This document shows positions 39,788 to 49,472 of a DNA stretch of 64,000 bases, piece after piece. Position 1 is the first letter of the stretch. Every line of letters starts with the position of its first letter. Source of the DNA: a bacterium (GTDB lineage Bacteria; Desulfobacterota; DSWW01). Made by a program: the position numbers and the translations under genes. The notes beneath the pieces were generated by a model. That model saw only the letters and a list, made by a program, of their open reading frames with translations, was not told where the DNA came from and ran no database searches. Location: assembly GCA_040756235.1 (NCBI GenBank), contig JBFLZG010000111.1, forward strand, positions 21,349 through 85,348, read 5' to 3'.

Positions 39788-42448
39788 TCACAGGCCGAGC
39801 GTCTTCCTGGCGCGCGCCGTGATCGCCTGGCGGACCGAAAAGAAACCCTCCCACGGGTCCTTGCGCGCAGCGGAAAGCTTCTCCGGAAGGTTGTTCACCG
39901 TGCGGCCGGCCGCACCGCCTTCGCCCTCGAGCTCCTCCCAGGCGAGCGGAGTCGAGACCGGGGCGCCCGGCCGGGCCCGGGTGGAGTAAGGCGCGACGGA
40001 GGTGGCGCCCCGGCTGTTGCGAAGGTAATCCACGAAGATCCGGCCTTTTCGACTCTGTTTGCTCATGACGGCGACGAACCGGCCGGGGCTTTCCCGAACC
40101 ATTCCCTCGGCGACGGCACGGGCGAAGGCTTTCGCCTCCTCCCAGCCCGCACGGGGTGAGAGCGGAACGACCACGTGGATCCCCTTGCCGCCGGTAATCT
40201 TTGCGAACGATGCGAGTCCGAGCTTCCCGAGGCGCTCGCGAACTTCCCAGGCGGCGCGAACGACCTCCTGCCAGGGGACCGCAGGGTCCGGGTCCAGGTC
40301 GAAAACCAGGCGGTCCGGCTGCTCGAGGCGATCTTCCCGGCTCCCCCAGGGATGGATCTCGAGCACCCCGAGCTGGACGAGCGAAATCAGGCCGCTCAGA
40401 TCGTCGAGCACGATGTAGGTCTCGACCTTGTCTTTCTCGCGGATCGGAACGCCCCGCAGAGCCTCGGGCAGTGTCTCGTCCAGGTGCTTCTGATAGAAGC
40501 ACTTCTTCTGCCGCCCCTGAGGACATCGCACCAGAGTGAGGGGCCGGCCCCGGATGTGGGGCAGGATCCGTTGCGAAACGGCTTCGTAGTAAGCGGCGAG
40601 GTCGGACTTCGTGATCCCCTGCTCGGGGTAGAGGATGCGGTCCGGATTCGTGAGCTTCACGCCGGCGACCGCGTCGCGAGCCGTCGCAGCGGGCGCGCCG
40701 GCGCCAGGGCCCGAAACGCTCCCCGGTGAGGCGACCGCCTCGCGCACGACCTCCGACGGGTCCTTGTCCTCCCTCAGCCCCTTGAAGGACGGATGCCGCA
40801 GGACGCCGTCTTCTGTCCACTCCGTAAAAGCGACTTCAGCGACCAGGACAGGCTCGGCCCAGTGGACGCCCCGGGCGTCCCGCCCGCGAGGGGGGTTGGC
40901 GAAGGGCGGCTTCTCCGTCTCGACCCCTTTCAACCTTCGAGCGAGCTGCCGCAGAAGCGCGTCGTCGAAGCCTGTGCCCACGCGGCCTGCATACACCAGC
41001 CCCCGGTCGCGGTCGTGATAGCCTACCAGCAGGGCACCGAAGCCCGGGCGGGATCCCGACGGGTCGGTGTAGCCCCCGATCACGAGCTCCTGGCGCTGCA
41101 GGCACTTCACCTTGAGCCAGCTGCGGGTGCGCTTCTGCTCGTAGAAGCTGTCCGCCCGCTTGGACACGACCCCCTCGACCGCGTAACGGCAGGCATGCTC
41201 GAAAAAGGTCGGCCCCTTCCCCTGGACGTGGCCCCCGTACCAGAGGCTGGAGGAGTCCGGGTCCGGATGACCGAGGACTCCTCTCAGGAGCTCCTTGCGA
41301 GCGGTGAGCGGTGTGCGGGTCAGGTCATAACCCCCGCAGTGGGGGAGGTCGAAGACGTAGTAGACGATCTTTCCGCTGCGGACGCCCTTGAGCGCGTTCT
41401 GCAGGGCCTGGAAGTTCGTGGTGCCGTCCGGGTTCAGCACGACGATCTCTCCATCCAGGATCGCGTCCCGGAACGGGAGCCTGGCCGCGTCCTCGGCAAT
41501 GGCGGGGAAGCGGCCGGTCCAGTCGATTCCGTTGCGGCTGACGAGCTCGGGCTTGCCGGCGCGGAGGAAGCACAGGATGCGGTAACCGTCGTACTTGATC
41601 TCGTGCACCCAGTCCTCCCCCTGCGGCACGGATTGGACCAGGGTTGCAAGCTGAGGCCGGAACGTCTCGGGCTGCCGGGCCTTGCGCGCGCCGGGAAGGC
41701 GGGAGGGATCGGCGAGGCGAGGTTCCGCTCCCCTTTCGACAGCGTGCCGGACAGCTCCGGGCCGGACCGGAGGGGACGGGGTCGGTCGAGGGGGCGGGCC
41801 GGAAGTCATGCCCTTCGTCGCCGAGGCTTCCGGGAGCTCTGACTGATTGGCCGAGTGCCAGACCTTGTCCGCAGCCCTTGCGATCTCTTCCATGGTCCGG
41901 CCGGTGGCGGCGCTGAGATCCGACGGGGCGGATCGTTTGCCTTTGGCCTGTCCCTGGCCCGGACCCGCGCCGTCCTCCCCGGTCTTGATGAGCAACCAGT
42001 TCTTGCCTCCCTCGCTGGCCTCGCCGTGCATCTGCACGAGGGTCCACTTCCCCTTCAGCTTTTCCCCGTGGAGCCGGAAGCTCAGTCTTCCTTTGCGGTA
42101 GCTCTTCTCCGGATCGCCTTCCGGCTCCCAGCGCCCCCGGTCCCACACCATGACCGTTCCGCCGCCGTACTCCCCTTTCGGGATCACGCCTTCGAAATCG
42201 CCGTACTCGACCGGATGGTCTTCCACGTGCACGGCGAGCCGTTTCTCCCCCTTCCGCAGCGCGGGCCCTTTGGGGACCGCCCAGCTCTTCAGGACCCCGC
42301 CCATTTCCAGACGGAAGTCGTAGTGCAGCCGCCTCGCAGCGTGCTTCTGGATCACGTAGAGGCCGAGGGACTGCCCGGCCTCGACATCGCCCGACGGCTC
42401 GGGGGTACGGCGAAAGTCACGTTTCCGTCGATAGGATTCGAGTCCCAT
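39788..42448 (-). CDS. ligD: NHEJ DNA ligase D (phosphoesterase-ligase-polymerase)
   Basis: YRRKRDF..TPEP, QKHAARRLHYDFRLE, EIKYDGYR, EGVVSK, FDLDPD, TGGKGIH, DYLRN. Confidence 0.97.
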   Translation of the reverse strand: MGLESYRRKRDFRRTPEPSGDVEAGQSLGLYVIQKHAARRLHYDFRLEMGGVLKSWAVPKGPALRKGEKRLAVHVEDHPVEYGDFEGVIPKGEYGGGTVMVWDRGRWEPEGDPEKSYRKGRLSFRLHGEKLKGKWTLVQMHGEASEGGKNWLLIKTGEDGAGPGQGQAKGKRSAPSDLSAATGRTMEEIARAADKVWHSANQSELPEASATKGMTSGPPPRPTPSPPVRPGAVRHAVERGAEPRLADPSRLPGARKARQPETFRPQLATLVQSVPQGEDWVHEIKYDGYRILCFLRAGKPELVSRNGIDWTGRFPAIAEDAARLPFRDAILDGEIVVLNPDGTTNFQALQNALKGVRSGKIVYYVFDLPHCGGYDLTRTPLTARKELLRGVLGHPDPDSSSLWYGGHVQGKGPTFFEHACRYAVEGVVSKRADSFYEQKRTRSWLKVKCLQRQELVIGGYTDPSGSRPGFGALLVGYHDRDRGLVYAGRVGTGFDDALLRQLARRLKGVETEKPPFANPPRGRDARGVHWAEPVLVAEVAFTEWTEDGVLRHPSFKGLREDKDPSEVVREAVASPGSVSGPGAGAPAATARDAVAGVKLTNPDRILYPEQGITKSDLAAYYEAVSQRILPHIRGRPLTLVRCPQGRQKKCFYQKHLDETLPEALRGVPIREKDKVETYIVLDDLSGLISLVQLGVLEIHPWGSREDRLEQPDRLVFDLDPDPAVPWQEVVRAAWEVRERLGKLGLASFAKITGGKGIHVVVPLSPRAGWEEAKAFARAVAEGMVRESPGRFVAVMSKQSRKGRIFVDYLRNSRGATSVAPYSTRARPGAPVSTPLAWEELEGEGGAAGRTVNNLPEKLSAARKDPWEGFFSVRQAITARARKTLGL

Positions 42449-42628
42449 ATGAGCTTCCTCCGGCCCGGAGCAGATTTCAGCCACCCTTTGGATGGGGCTC
42501 GGCAACACGAGGTCACGTGCGGCGCTTTGCGGGGGAGGTGGCGGCGACGAAGCCCAATGCGATTCAGTAACCACATATGCAAAACAATAATCATTTAGAA
42601 TTGCTTAATCCGAGAAAGTCAAATACAA

Positions 42629-42669
42629 TGCGCATACTTTGAACAGTTAAGTGCGCATATCTTGAACAG
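42629..42669 (+). promoter_or_regulatory. 18-bp direct repeat, putative operator
   Basis: TGCGCATACTTTGAACAG (42629-46) and TGCGCATATCTTGAACAG (42652-69), 16/18 identical, in an AT-rich intergenic region. Confidence 0.6.
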
Positions 42670-42736
42670 CGCGTAACTCAGCAAGGGGCAGGGTGCAAAG
42701 AGGGACGGCGGGCCCCGCTTCGTACGGAGGCAAACC

Positions 42737-43216
42737 ATGCGCAACGACGGTTTCCAGCAGATCCTCGCAGGAAGGGAAGGCAAGCCGCACCTGCTCATCG
42801 AAGTCCTCCAGGACCTCCAGGAGGCCCACGGCTATATCTCCAAGGAAGCCATGGGCATCCTGGCCGAGAAGATGGAGGTCCCGCTCATCGAGATCTACCG
42901 GGTGGCGAACTTCTACAAGGCCTTCTCCCTGGTGCCGCGGGGAGAGCACGTGGTGACGGTTTGCTCGGGTACGGCCTGCCACGTGCGGAGCTCGCCCCTG
43001 CTGCTCGCTGAGGCGGTGAGCCAGCTCGGCATCGAGCCGGGCAAGACCACGGAGGACGGCCTCTTCACCCTGGAGTGCGTCAACTGCCTCGGCGCCTGCG
43101 CGATCGGGCCGGTCGTGGTGTTCGACGGCGTCTATCACCCGCAGATGACCCCCGGCAAGCTGCGCAGATTGATCGCCGCCGCTCGCAAGATGCGGAAGGA
43201 GGTGGCCCATGCCTAA
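42737..43216 (+). CDS. NuoE/HydC-like [2Fe-2S] subunit
   Basis: VCSGTACH and VNCLGAC..GP. Confidence 0.93.
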   Translation: MRNDGFQQILAGREGKPHLLIEVLQDLQEAHGYISKEAMGILAEKMEVPLIEIYRVANFYKAFSLVPRGEHVVTVCSGTACHVRSSPLLLAEAVSQLGIEPGKTTEDGLFTLECVNCLGACAIGPVVVFDGVYHPQMTPGKLRRLIAAARKMRKEVAHA

Positions 43217-45062
43217 GCTGGAGAGCCGGCAGGACCTCATTCGCCTGCGGGAGCAGATCGCCGCCGGACGCCTGCGGTTCCTCAAGACGATCGTCCTTTG
43301 CGGCGGCACCGGATGCCAGGCCTCCAGCTCCCTGGCCGTCATCGAGGCGATGAGAAAAGAATTGGCGCGTCAGGGGCTTGCGGACTCGGTGTGCCTTCGC
43401 ACCACCGGGTGCCAGGGGTTCTGCGAGCAGGGGCCGGTCATGGTGATCGAGCCGGGCAATCTCCTCTACTGCAGGGTCGCGCCCGAGGACGCCGCCGAGA
43501 TCGTCTCGCGGACGGTGCGCGCGGGCGAGGTCATCCATCGCCTCCTCTACACCGACCCCGTCCGGGGCGAGAAGGTCCTGACCGAGTCCGACGTCCCGTT
43601 CTACAGGGCGCAGACGCGCGTGCTCCTGTCGCAGAACCGGCAGGTGGACCCGTGCTCCATCGAGGACTACATCGCCGTGGGCGGCTACACGGCCCTGGCC
43701 AAGGTGCTCTCGGTCATGGATCCCGAAGCGGTGATCCGGGAGATCAAGGACTCGGGCCTGCGCGGCCGCGGGGGCGGGGGGTTTCCCACGGGCAGGAAGT
43801 GGGAGGAGTGCCGCGCGGCCCAAGGCACGATCAAGTACGTCATCTGCAACGCCGACGAAGGGGACCCGGGCGCCTACATGGACCGCTGCCTGCTCGAGGG
43901 CAACCCGCACTCGGTGCTGGAGGGCATGCTCATCGGCGCCTTCGCGATCGGCGCCGGGCACGGCTACATCTACGTGCGCAAGGAGTACCCGCTTGCGGTC
44001 GAGCACTCGCGGATCGCCGTGGCCCAGGCCAGGGAGCTGGGCCTGCTCGGCCGCGACATCCTCGGGAGCGGCTTTTCCTTCGACGTGGAGGTCGCGCGCG
44101 GCGGAGGCGCCTTCGTGTGCGGAGAGTCGACCGCGCTCATGTCGTCCCTGGAAGGCAAGGTCGGCGAGCCCAGGGCCAAGGACGTGCACACGATCGAGCA
44201 GGGACTCTGGAGCCGGCCTTCGAACCTCAACAACGTCGAGACGTGGGCCAACGTGCCGCACATCCTTCTGAAAGGATCCTCGTGGTTTGCAGCCACGGGC
44301 ACCGAAGGCAGCAAGGGCACCAAGATCTTCGCGCTGACCGGATGTGTCAAGAACACCGGGCTGGTCGAGGTGCCGATGGGCACCTCCCTGCGCACGATCG
44401 TGGAAAAGATCGGCGGCGGCGTCCGCAACGGCAAGGGGCTCAAGGCCGTGCAGACCGGCGGCCCTTCCGGGGGATGCCTGCCGGTCGACAAGCTCGACCT
44501 CGCGGTGGACTACGAAACCCTTTCCCGCGCCGGCTCCATGGTCGGATCGGGCGGCATGGTGGTCATGGACGGCGGGACCTGCATGGTGGACGTGGCCAAG
44601 TACTTCCTCAAGTTCCTCCAGGACGAGTCCTGCGGCAAGTGCGTCCCCTGCAGGCTCGGAATCGACCGGATGCTGGAGATCGTGACCGGCATCACCGAGG
44701 GCCGGGGCGGACCGGAGCAGCTGGACCTGCTGGAAGAGCTGGGCGAGACGGTAGCTGCGACTTCGCTGTGCGGGCTCGGCAAGACGGCCCCCAACCCCGT
44801 CCTGTCCACCCTGAGGTACTTCAGGGGCGAGTACGAGACCCATATCCGGGAGCACAAGTGCCCTGCCGGGGTCTGTCGCGACCTGATCGAGTACTCGATC
44901 GATGCGGACAAGTGCACCGGCTGCGGGCTCTGCCTGCGGGCCTGCCCCCGGAAGGCCATCCGCGGGGAGAAGAAGGAGCCCCATACGATCGACCCTGAAG
45001 CCTGTATCCGATGCGGCATATGCCGGAGCGAGTGCAAGTTCGACTCCGTCGTGGTCCAGTGA
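43209..45062 (+). CDS. NuoF/HydB-like NADH-binding FMN/Fe-S subunit
   Basis: N-terminal Trx-like 2Fe-2S, GLRGRGGGGFPTG, CNADEGDPGAYMD, FVCGESTAL, ESCGKCVPCR, C-terminal 2x[4Fe-4S]. Confidence 0.95.
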   Translation: MPKLESRQDLIRLREQIAAGRLRFLKTIVLCGGTGCQASSSLAVIEAMRKELARQGLADSVCLRTTGCQGFCEQGPVMVIEPGNLLYCRVAPEDAAEIVSRTVRAGEVIHRLLYTDPVRGEKVLTESDVPFYRAQTRVLLSQNRQVDPCSIEDYIAVGGYTALAKVLSVMDPEAVIREIKDSGLRGRGGGGFPTGRKWEECRAAQGTIKYVICNADEGDPGAYMDRCLLEGNPHSVLEGMLIGAFAIGAGHGYIYVRKEYPLAVEHSRIAVAQARELGLLGRDILGSGFSFDVEVARGGGAFVCGESTALMSSLEGKVGEPRAKDVHTIEQGLWSRPSNLNNVETWANVPHILLKGSSWFAATGTEGSKGTKIFALTGCVKNTGLVEVPMGTSLRTIVEKIGGGVRNGKGLKAVQTGGPSGGCLPVDKLDLAVDYETLSRAGSMVGSGGMVVMDGGTCMVDVAKYFLKFLQDESCGKCVPCRLGIDRMLEIVTGITEGRGGPEQLDLLEELGETVAATSLCGLGKTAPNPVLSTLRYFRGEYETHIREHKCPAGVCRDLIEYSIDADKCTGCGLCLRACPRKAIRGEKKEPHTIDPEACIRCGICRSECKFDSVVVQ

Positions 45063-45075
45063 GGAGGCAAGTACG

Positions 45076-45771
45076 ATGCAAGAGCAGATTCAGCTCACCA
45101 TCAACGGCGCGAAGATCACGGTGCCGAAGGGGACCACGGTCCTCGATGCGGCGCTCGACTACGGCATCTGCATCCCCCACCTTTGCCACGTCCCCGGCCT
45201 GACGGCGTTCGGCGCCTGCCGCCTGTGCATCGTCGAGCACGTCCGCAACGGCAGATCCAGCGTCACGACTTCGTGCACCCTGGAGGCTCAGGCCGGCATG
45301 GTGATCCGGAGCGACACCGACCGGGTGAAGAAGCTGCGCCGGAACGTGGCCGAGCTTCTGGTGGCCGAGGCGCCCAACTCCAAGGCGATCCAGGACATCG
45401 CCGTGCGCTGCGGCGTCGAGGAAGTGCGCTATCCTTTTCGGCACAACAACTGCGTCCTGTGCGGCCGGTGCGTGCGGGTCTGTGAGCAGATGTGGAGGGC
45501 GCGGGCGCTCGGGTTCGTGGGCCGGGGCAGGGAGCGCCACGTGGACTTCCCCATGGGTGTGCGGCCCGACTTCTGCAAGAAGTGCGGCACCTGCGTCGAT
45601 CTCTGCCCCATGACGATCACGCCCTGCGCCGGCCCCATGAAGAAAGGCGAAGAGAGCCTCTGCGGGCGTTGCGAGTCCCAGATTTCCATGACCCTGAAGA
45701 TGCCGGACACGTGCGTCCAGTGCGATCTCGGAAAGGGCTTCGGCTGCATCCGGGCAACGCAAGTCCCTTGA
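45076..45771 (+). CDS. Short NuoG/HydA N-terminal-like Fe-S protein with no catalytic domain
   Basis: IPHLC, GACRLC, TSC, CVLCGRCVRVC, CKKCGTCVDLCP, extra Cys-rich tail; GAGGAGG RBS. Confidence 0.9.
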   Translation: MQEQIQLTINGAKITVPKGTTVLDAALDYGICIPHLCHVPGLTAFGACRLCIVEHVRNGRSSVTTSCTLEAQAGMVIRSDTDRVKKLRRNVAELLVAEAPNSKAIQDIAVRCGVEEVRYPFRHNNCVLCGRCVRVCEQMWRARALGFVGRGRERHVDFPMGVRPDFCKKCGTCVDLCPMTITPCAGPMKKGEESLCGRCESQISMTLKMPDTCVQCDLGKGFGCIRATQVP

Positions 45772-45978
45772 AAAACGACCTTCTGCGGAGCCTGTGGCGA
45801 GCGAACAAGCAACCGGCCTGCGGCCCGGGTGAATCGGGCCGCAGGCCGGTGTCGTTCCTGCGGTGCGGCTCTTCGTCATCCCGCGGACCCCGGATCAAAG
45901 TCCGGGGCAGGCGCGGGGATCCCCCTGCTATGGGGGATCCCGGCCCACACACGCTACGCAGCATGGGCCGGGATGACA
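45768..45978. repeat. Family B partial arm plus family A units
   Basis: TTGAAAAACGACCTTCTGCGGAGCCTGTGGCGAGCGAA; CGTCATCCCGCG..CGCGGGGATCC; GGATCCCGGCCCACACACGCTACGCAGCATGGGCCGGGATGAC. Confidence 0.75.
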
Positions 45979-46023
45979 AAACAGAGCACAGCCTTCTGGC
46001 TCCCCCGGGAGACGAATTACCGC

Positions 46024-47613
46024 CTATGAGTTGATGATCTGCTCGGCTTCCTCGCGGTACGAGTTCATGATGTACGGGATGCCGGAGATCTTGGCGGCCT
46101 CTTCGGTGAGCGCCATCAGATCGTTGCGCGAGACCGTCTGGAGATTGAAGTTGCGGCTTCCGGCCATGATCTGCTGGAGCCCGGTGCGGATCTTGTCCGC
46201 GAAAGTGTAGATCCCGATGGCCCCCAGGGGAAAGCTCTCCACTTCCTTGCCGTACCTGTCCCGCAGGGTTTCGTAGCAGACGAAGATCTCTTCCACCGTG
46301 GTGCCGAAAGCAGAAACGGTCTTCGGAAGGTCCCCCTCTTTGAGCCACACGCCGATGTTCTTGCCCACCATGCCCGGGATCATGAGCGCGCGGCCCATGC
46401 AGACCGCCTTGGTGTAGGGCGCTCCCATGGCCAGGGCCTTGAAGATGCCGTCTTCCGACGAGAACCCGCCCGCGATCGCGATGTCAGGGATGAACTCCCC
46501 TTTGGCGGCCAGCTTGTCACAGAACTGCTGGGTCATGGACTGCAGGTAGAAGGTCGGCACCCCCCACTCCACCATCATGCGCCAGGGGCTCATGCCGGTC
46601 CCGCCCGGGGCCCCGTCGATGGTGAGCAGGTCGATCTTCGCTCGCGAAGACCATTTGATCGCCTTGGCGAGCTCCACCATGCCGTAAGCACCGGTCTTGA
46701 GGGAGATCCGCTTGGCCCCGAGCTTCCGCAGCCGGTCGACCTCCTGGAAGAAGCCTTCTTCGCTCACGAACCCGAGCCGGGAGTGCCGCTCGAACTCGCG
46801 GATCTCCCCTTCCTTGAAAGCACGCTGGATGGCGGGCACGGTCGGGTCCGGAGTCACGATATAGCCGCGCTTCTTCAGCTCTACGGCCCTCTCGAGGCTG
46901 TTCACCTTGATCTCGCCGCCGATGCACTTGGCCCCCTGGCCCCACTTGAGCTCGATGCTCTCCACGCCGAGCTTGCCCACCGCGTACTCGGCCACGCCGA
47001 ACATGGTGTCTTCCACGTTCATCTGCACGTGGATGTCGCCGTAGTTCTCTTCCCTGTACCGGCGGTACACCTCGACCCGATGCCTGAGGTCGGGCGCCTC
47101 GACGATCTTGCCGTTCTTGAGCTCCAGCGCCGGATCGATGCCGCAGACGTTCTCGCCGCAAATGAGCGTGATGCCGGTGATGGCGGCCCCCACGGCAAAG
47201 TGGTCCCAGTTCCTGCGTGCGATTTCGGTCGAGCCCAGAGCACCCGTGAATATCGGCAACCGCATGCGGATCTTGGAGCCGTATCCGTACTCCGTCTCGG
47301 TGTCGACGCTCGGGAAGATGGCGTGATCCGGGTCGCCGATGACACCTGCCGGAAGCCCCTTGGCGCCCGACGCGTACCCGTGGATGTTGAGGTGCGAGTA
47401 ATCGACCGGGTAGTTCTTGTCCGCACCTGCCGAGATCGAACCGTATGGCCCGGGATAGAGCAGCTCACGGCCCCGGAAGGTCGCTTTGAAGACCTCGCAG
47501 TTGCCGCGGCACCCGTCGATGCAGCGGGTGCAGATGCCGGATACGGGCGCCACGCTGCGGGAGCGGTTGGCTGTCTGGGTGGCCTCGTTGGAGTTGGGCT
47601 GTTGGAGATTCAT
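46024..47613 (-). CDS. FMN-binding glutamate synthase family protein (stand-alone GltB2-like)
   Basis: CTRCIDGCRGNC, IELKWGQGAKCIGGE, LKTG, TIDGAPGGTG, IAGG..FKALAMGA; GGAGG RBS. Confidence 0.92.
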   Translation of the reverse strand: MNLQQPNSNEATQTANRSRSVAPVSGICTRCIDGCRGNCEVFKATFRGRELLYPGPYGSISAGADKNYPVDYSHLNIHGYASGAKGLPAGVIGDPDHAIFPSVDTETEYGYGSKIRMRLPIFTGALGSTEIARRNWDHFAVGAAITGITLICGENVCGIDPALELKNGKIVEAPDLRHRVEVYRRYREENYGDIHVQMNVEDTMFGVAEYAVGKLGVESIELKWGQGAKCIGGEIKVNSLERAVELKKRGYIVTPDPTVPAIQRAFKEGEIREFERHSRLGFVSEEGFFQEVDRLRKLGAKRISLKTGAYGMVELAKAIKWSSRAKIDLLTIDGAPGGTGMSPWRMMVEWGVPTFYLQSMTQQFCDKLAAKGEFIPDIAIAGGFSSEDGIFKALAMGAPYTKAVCMGRALMIPGMVGKNIGVWLKEGDLPKTVSAFGTTVEEIFVCYETLRDRYGKEVESFPLGAIGIYTFADKIRTGLQQIMAGSRNFNLQTVSRNDLMALTEEAAKISGIPYIMNSYREEAEQIINS

Positions 47614-47704
47614 CTTTCCCTCCAGTTTGAAGGTTGCGCTATTCTGCTTTAGGGCGGAAACACTTCCCTCGGCATTCTTCAGCAGAGCTAAACCTTGCGC
47701 ACAC

Positions 47705-47809
47705 AAAAAAAGGGTGTCTGACTTGGCCAGACACCCTTGTCTAACGCTAATGGCACAGATTCAGGATTTGTGTGGGCAACCCTACCCGGGGGACACGCCT
47801 TTGTGTCCC
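47705..47809 (-). promoter_or_regulatory. ANTAR-type antitermination leader (two hexaloop hairpins plus overlapping intrinsic terminator)
   Basis: P1 GGGACAC-AAAGGC-GTGTCCC; P2 AGAC-AAGGGT-GTCT overlapping terminator AAGGGTGTCTG-GCCAAGT-CAGACACCC-T7. Confidence 0.75.
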
Positions 47810-47821
47810 GGATCAGGTACT

Positions 47822-47850
47822 ACTTAATCAATTCTTCCATTCATTGTCAA
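47822..47850 (-). promoter_or_regulatory. Putative sigma70 promoter of the leader
   Basis: TTGACA-N17-TTAAGT with TG at the extended -10 position, immediately upstream of P1. Confidence 0.5.
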
Positions 47851-48124
47851 GCGCATTCCGCTGTCCGGTTCGACTCTTCCGCAGCTCCCGGCGACCAGAA
47901 ATCCCCGGCCAGGAGAAATCCTTCAGCTGCATCGGGCATCTTAGCTTCGGGTCCTGGCAGCCTATCGGGCGGTCCGCAAGAAGCCGGCCGAGGAGCGGGA
48001 AAACAAGCTTGTCGTATGGCTCGCGCAGAGACTTCCGGTCACCGAGGAAGTTCACGGCCGGAAGTTTCTGACGCGCGAGAACGGGAAGCGCACGGCACTC
48101 CGCTGCTGTTGGCCGGGCCCGCGG

Positions 48125-49472
48125 CTACTCCTGCACGAGCACGCTCGCCTGGAGCAGGTTCTGGGTGCCGGCCCATGCGCGCCCCCCGATTCGCCGCAAC
48201 ACGTGAATGAGGAAGTTGTTCTTGTCGTCGAGCCCGTTCGCTACCTCCAGATGCCAGTTGCCCCCGTCGTAGGCCCATATTTCAGCGCCTTCACGGATCG
48301 CCGCCGGGTCGGGGCGCAGCAGGAGCAGCACGTTTCCCACGTTGGCAAGATCGAGCTTTCCGGTTCCGAACCAGATCGCGCCCTCGTTCTCGGCAATGGC
48401 GTTCAGTCCGATCATGTAATTCGCTGCTCTCCCCCCCGGGCTCGCTCTCCTGAAAGCCGTGATCCAGGATCTTCTCCCAGTTCCCGGCATCGTTCTCGGT
48501 CCGGTAGTCTCCCGTGTACCGCCAGACCTCGCAACCGGTGTAGCGGTTTTCCGTGCCGACATAAAGACTGCCGTCCGATGCCGCGAACAGCGAGCTGTTC
48601 TCGTTGCGGTCCGCACCCGGCGTGAAGTCGAAGCCGTCTGCGTTGATCTGGCGCCAGGTGAAGGAGCCGTTCTGCTCCAGGCCGCACCAGATTTCCGTCC
48701 CGTTTCCGTCCGGTTGCCGGTTTTCCGTCCCGGCGCACAGGTACGTGCTCCCGGCGTGGGAGACGACGGCCATGGAGGTTGCATCGGTGTTTGTGAGGTC
48801 GCCGAAGCCGTCCGGCGCGACCGGCAGGAATTGCCACTGCCCGGTCGCGTTCAGAACGAGCTGTCCCACACCGGCCCCCCCGTCCGCACGGTGCCGGAAA
48901 ACGCCGATGAAGATCTTCCCGTTGTAGACCGCCATGGAAGTGGCTGCCTGGAAGCGCGGATCCCCGAAGCCGTCGTGCGTGATCGTGTGCCACGCCACGC
49001 CGTCGAAGTAAGCCACGTCCAGCCCGTTCTCGTCCCAGGTGCCGGCGTAGAGGCCGGGCGGCAGCTCATTCCCCTGGTACGCGATGAGGGAGGTGACGGT
49101 GAAGCCCTGGCTTTCGAAAGGCGCCTGGGTGTCCTCCCAGACGTTGTCGCCGAGCGGCCTTCTGTATACTCTCGCGCCTTGCATCCGCCACGTGCCGGCA
49201 TAGACGTAGCCGTCGAACAGGGCGAGATCCACGACACCGAGGTTGGCGTCGAGCTGCCTGTCGCCGGTGTTCAGGCTGCCGCTGCGGCCGAAGCCGCTGG
49301 CCTCGGCGATGCCCCACCCCGAGAAGTCAGGGCCGCCCCCGGCCGGGCCGGAGCCGTCTCCGAAGTCGTCCGGGCCTCCGCCCGAGCCTGAGCCGCCGCA
49401 CCCCATCAGAACGGCAAGCGGCCCCAGGAGGACCATAGAGCACAATTTCTGCAGTGTCCCTTTCCGTGTCAT
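48125..49472 (-). pseudogene. Beta-propeller-like lipoprotein frameshifted at a G7 run (or a sequencing error)
   Basis: Lipobox LMGC; repeated YAGT..G.xxW / GFGD blades continue in another frame after the C7 at 48431-48437 (..WFGTG..GAEIW..NGLDD..WAGTQN). Confidence 0.75.

Noticed and set aside
42737..45771. Respiratory complex I or an [FeFe] hydrogenase
   Set aside because: No membrane nuo genes and no H-cluster motifs
45769..45830. Selenocysteine read-through of the TGA in the NuoG-like gene
   Set aside because: The downstream sequence is a family B repeat arm, not coding sequence or a SECIS
47860..47895. GGTTCGACTC as a tRNA T-loop
   Set aside because: No pairing T-stem, acceptor stem or cloverleaf
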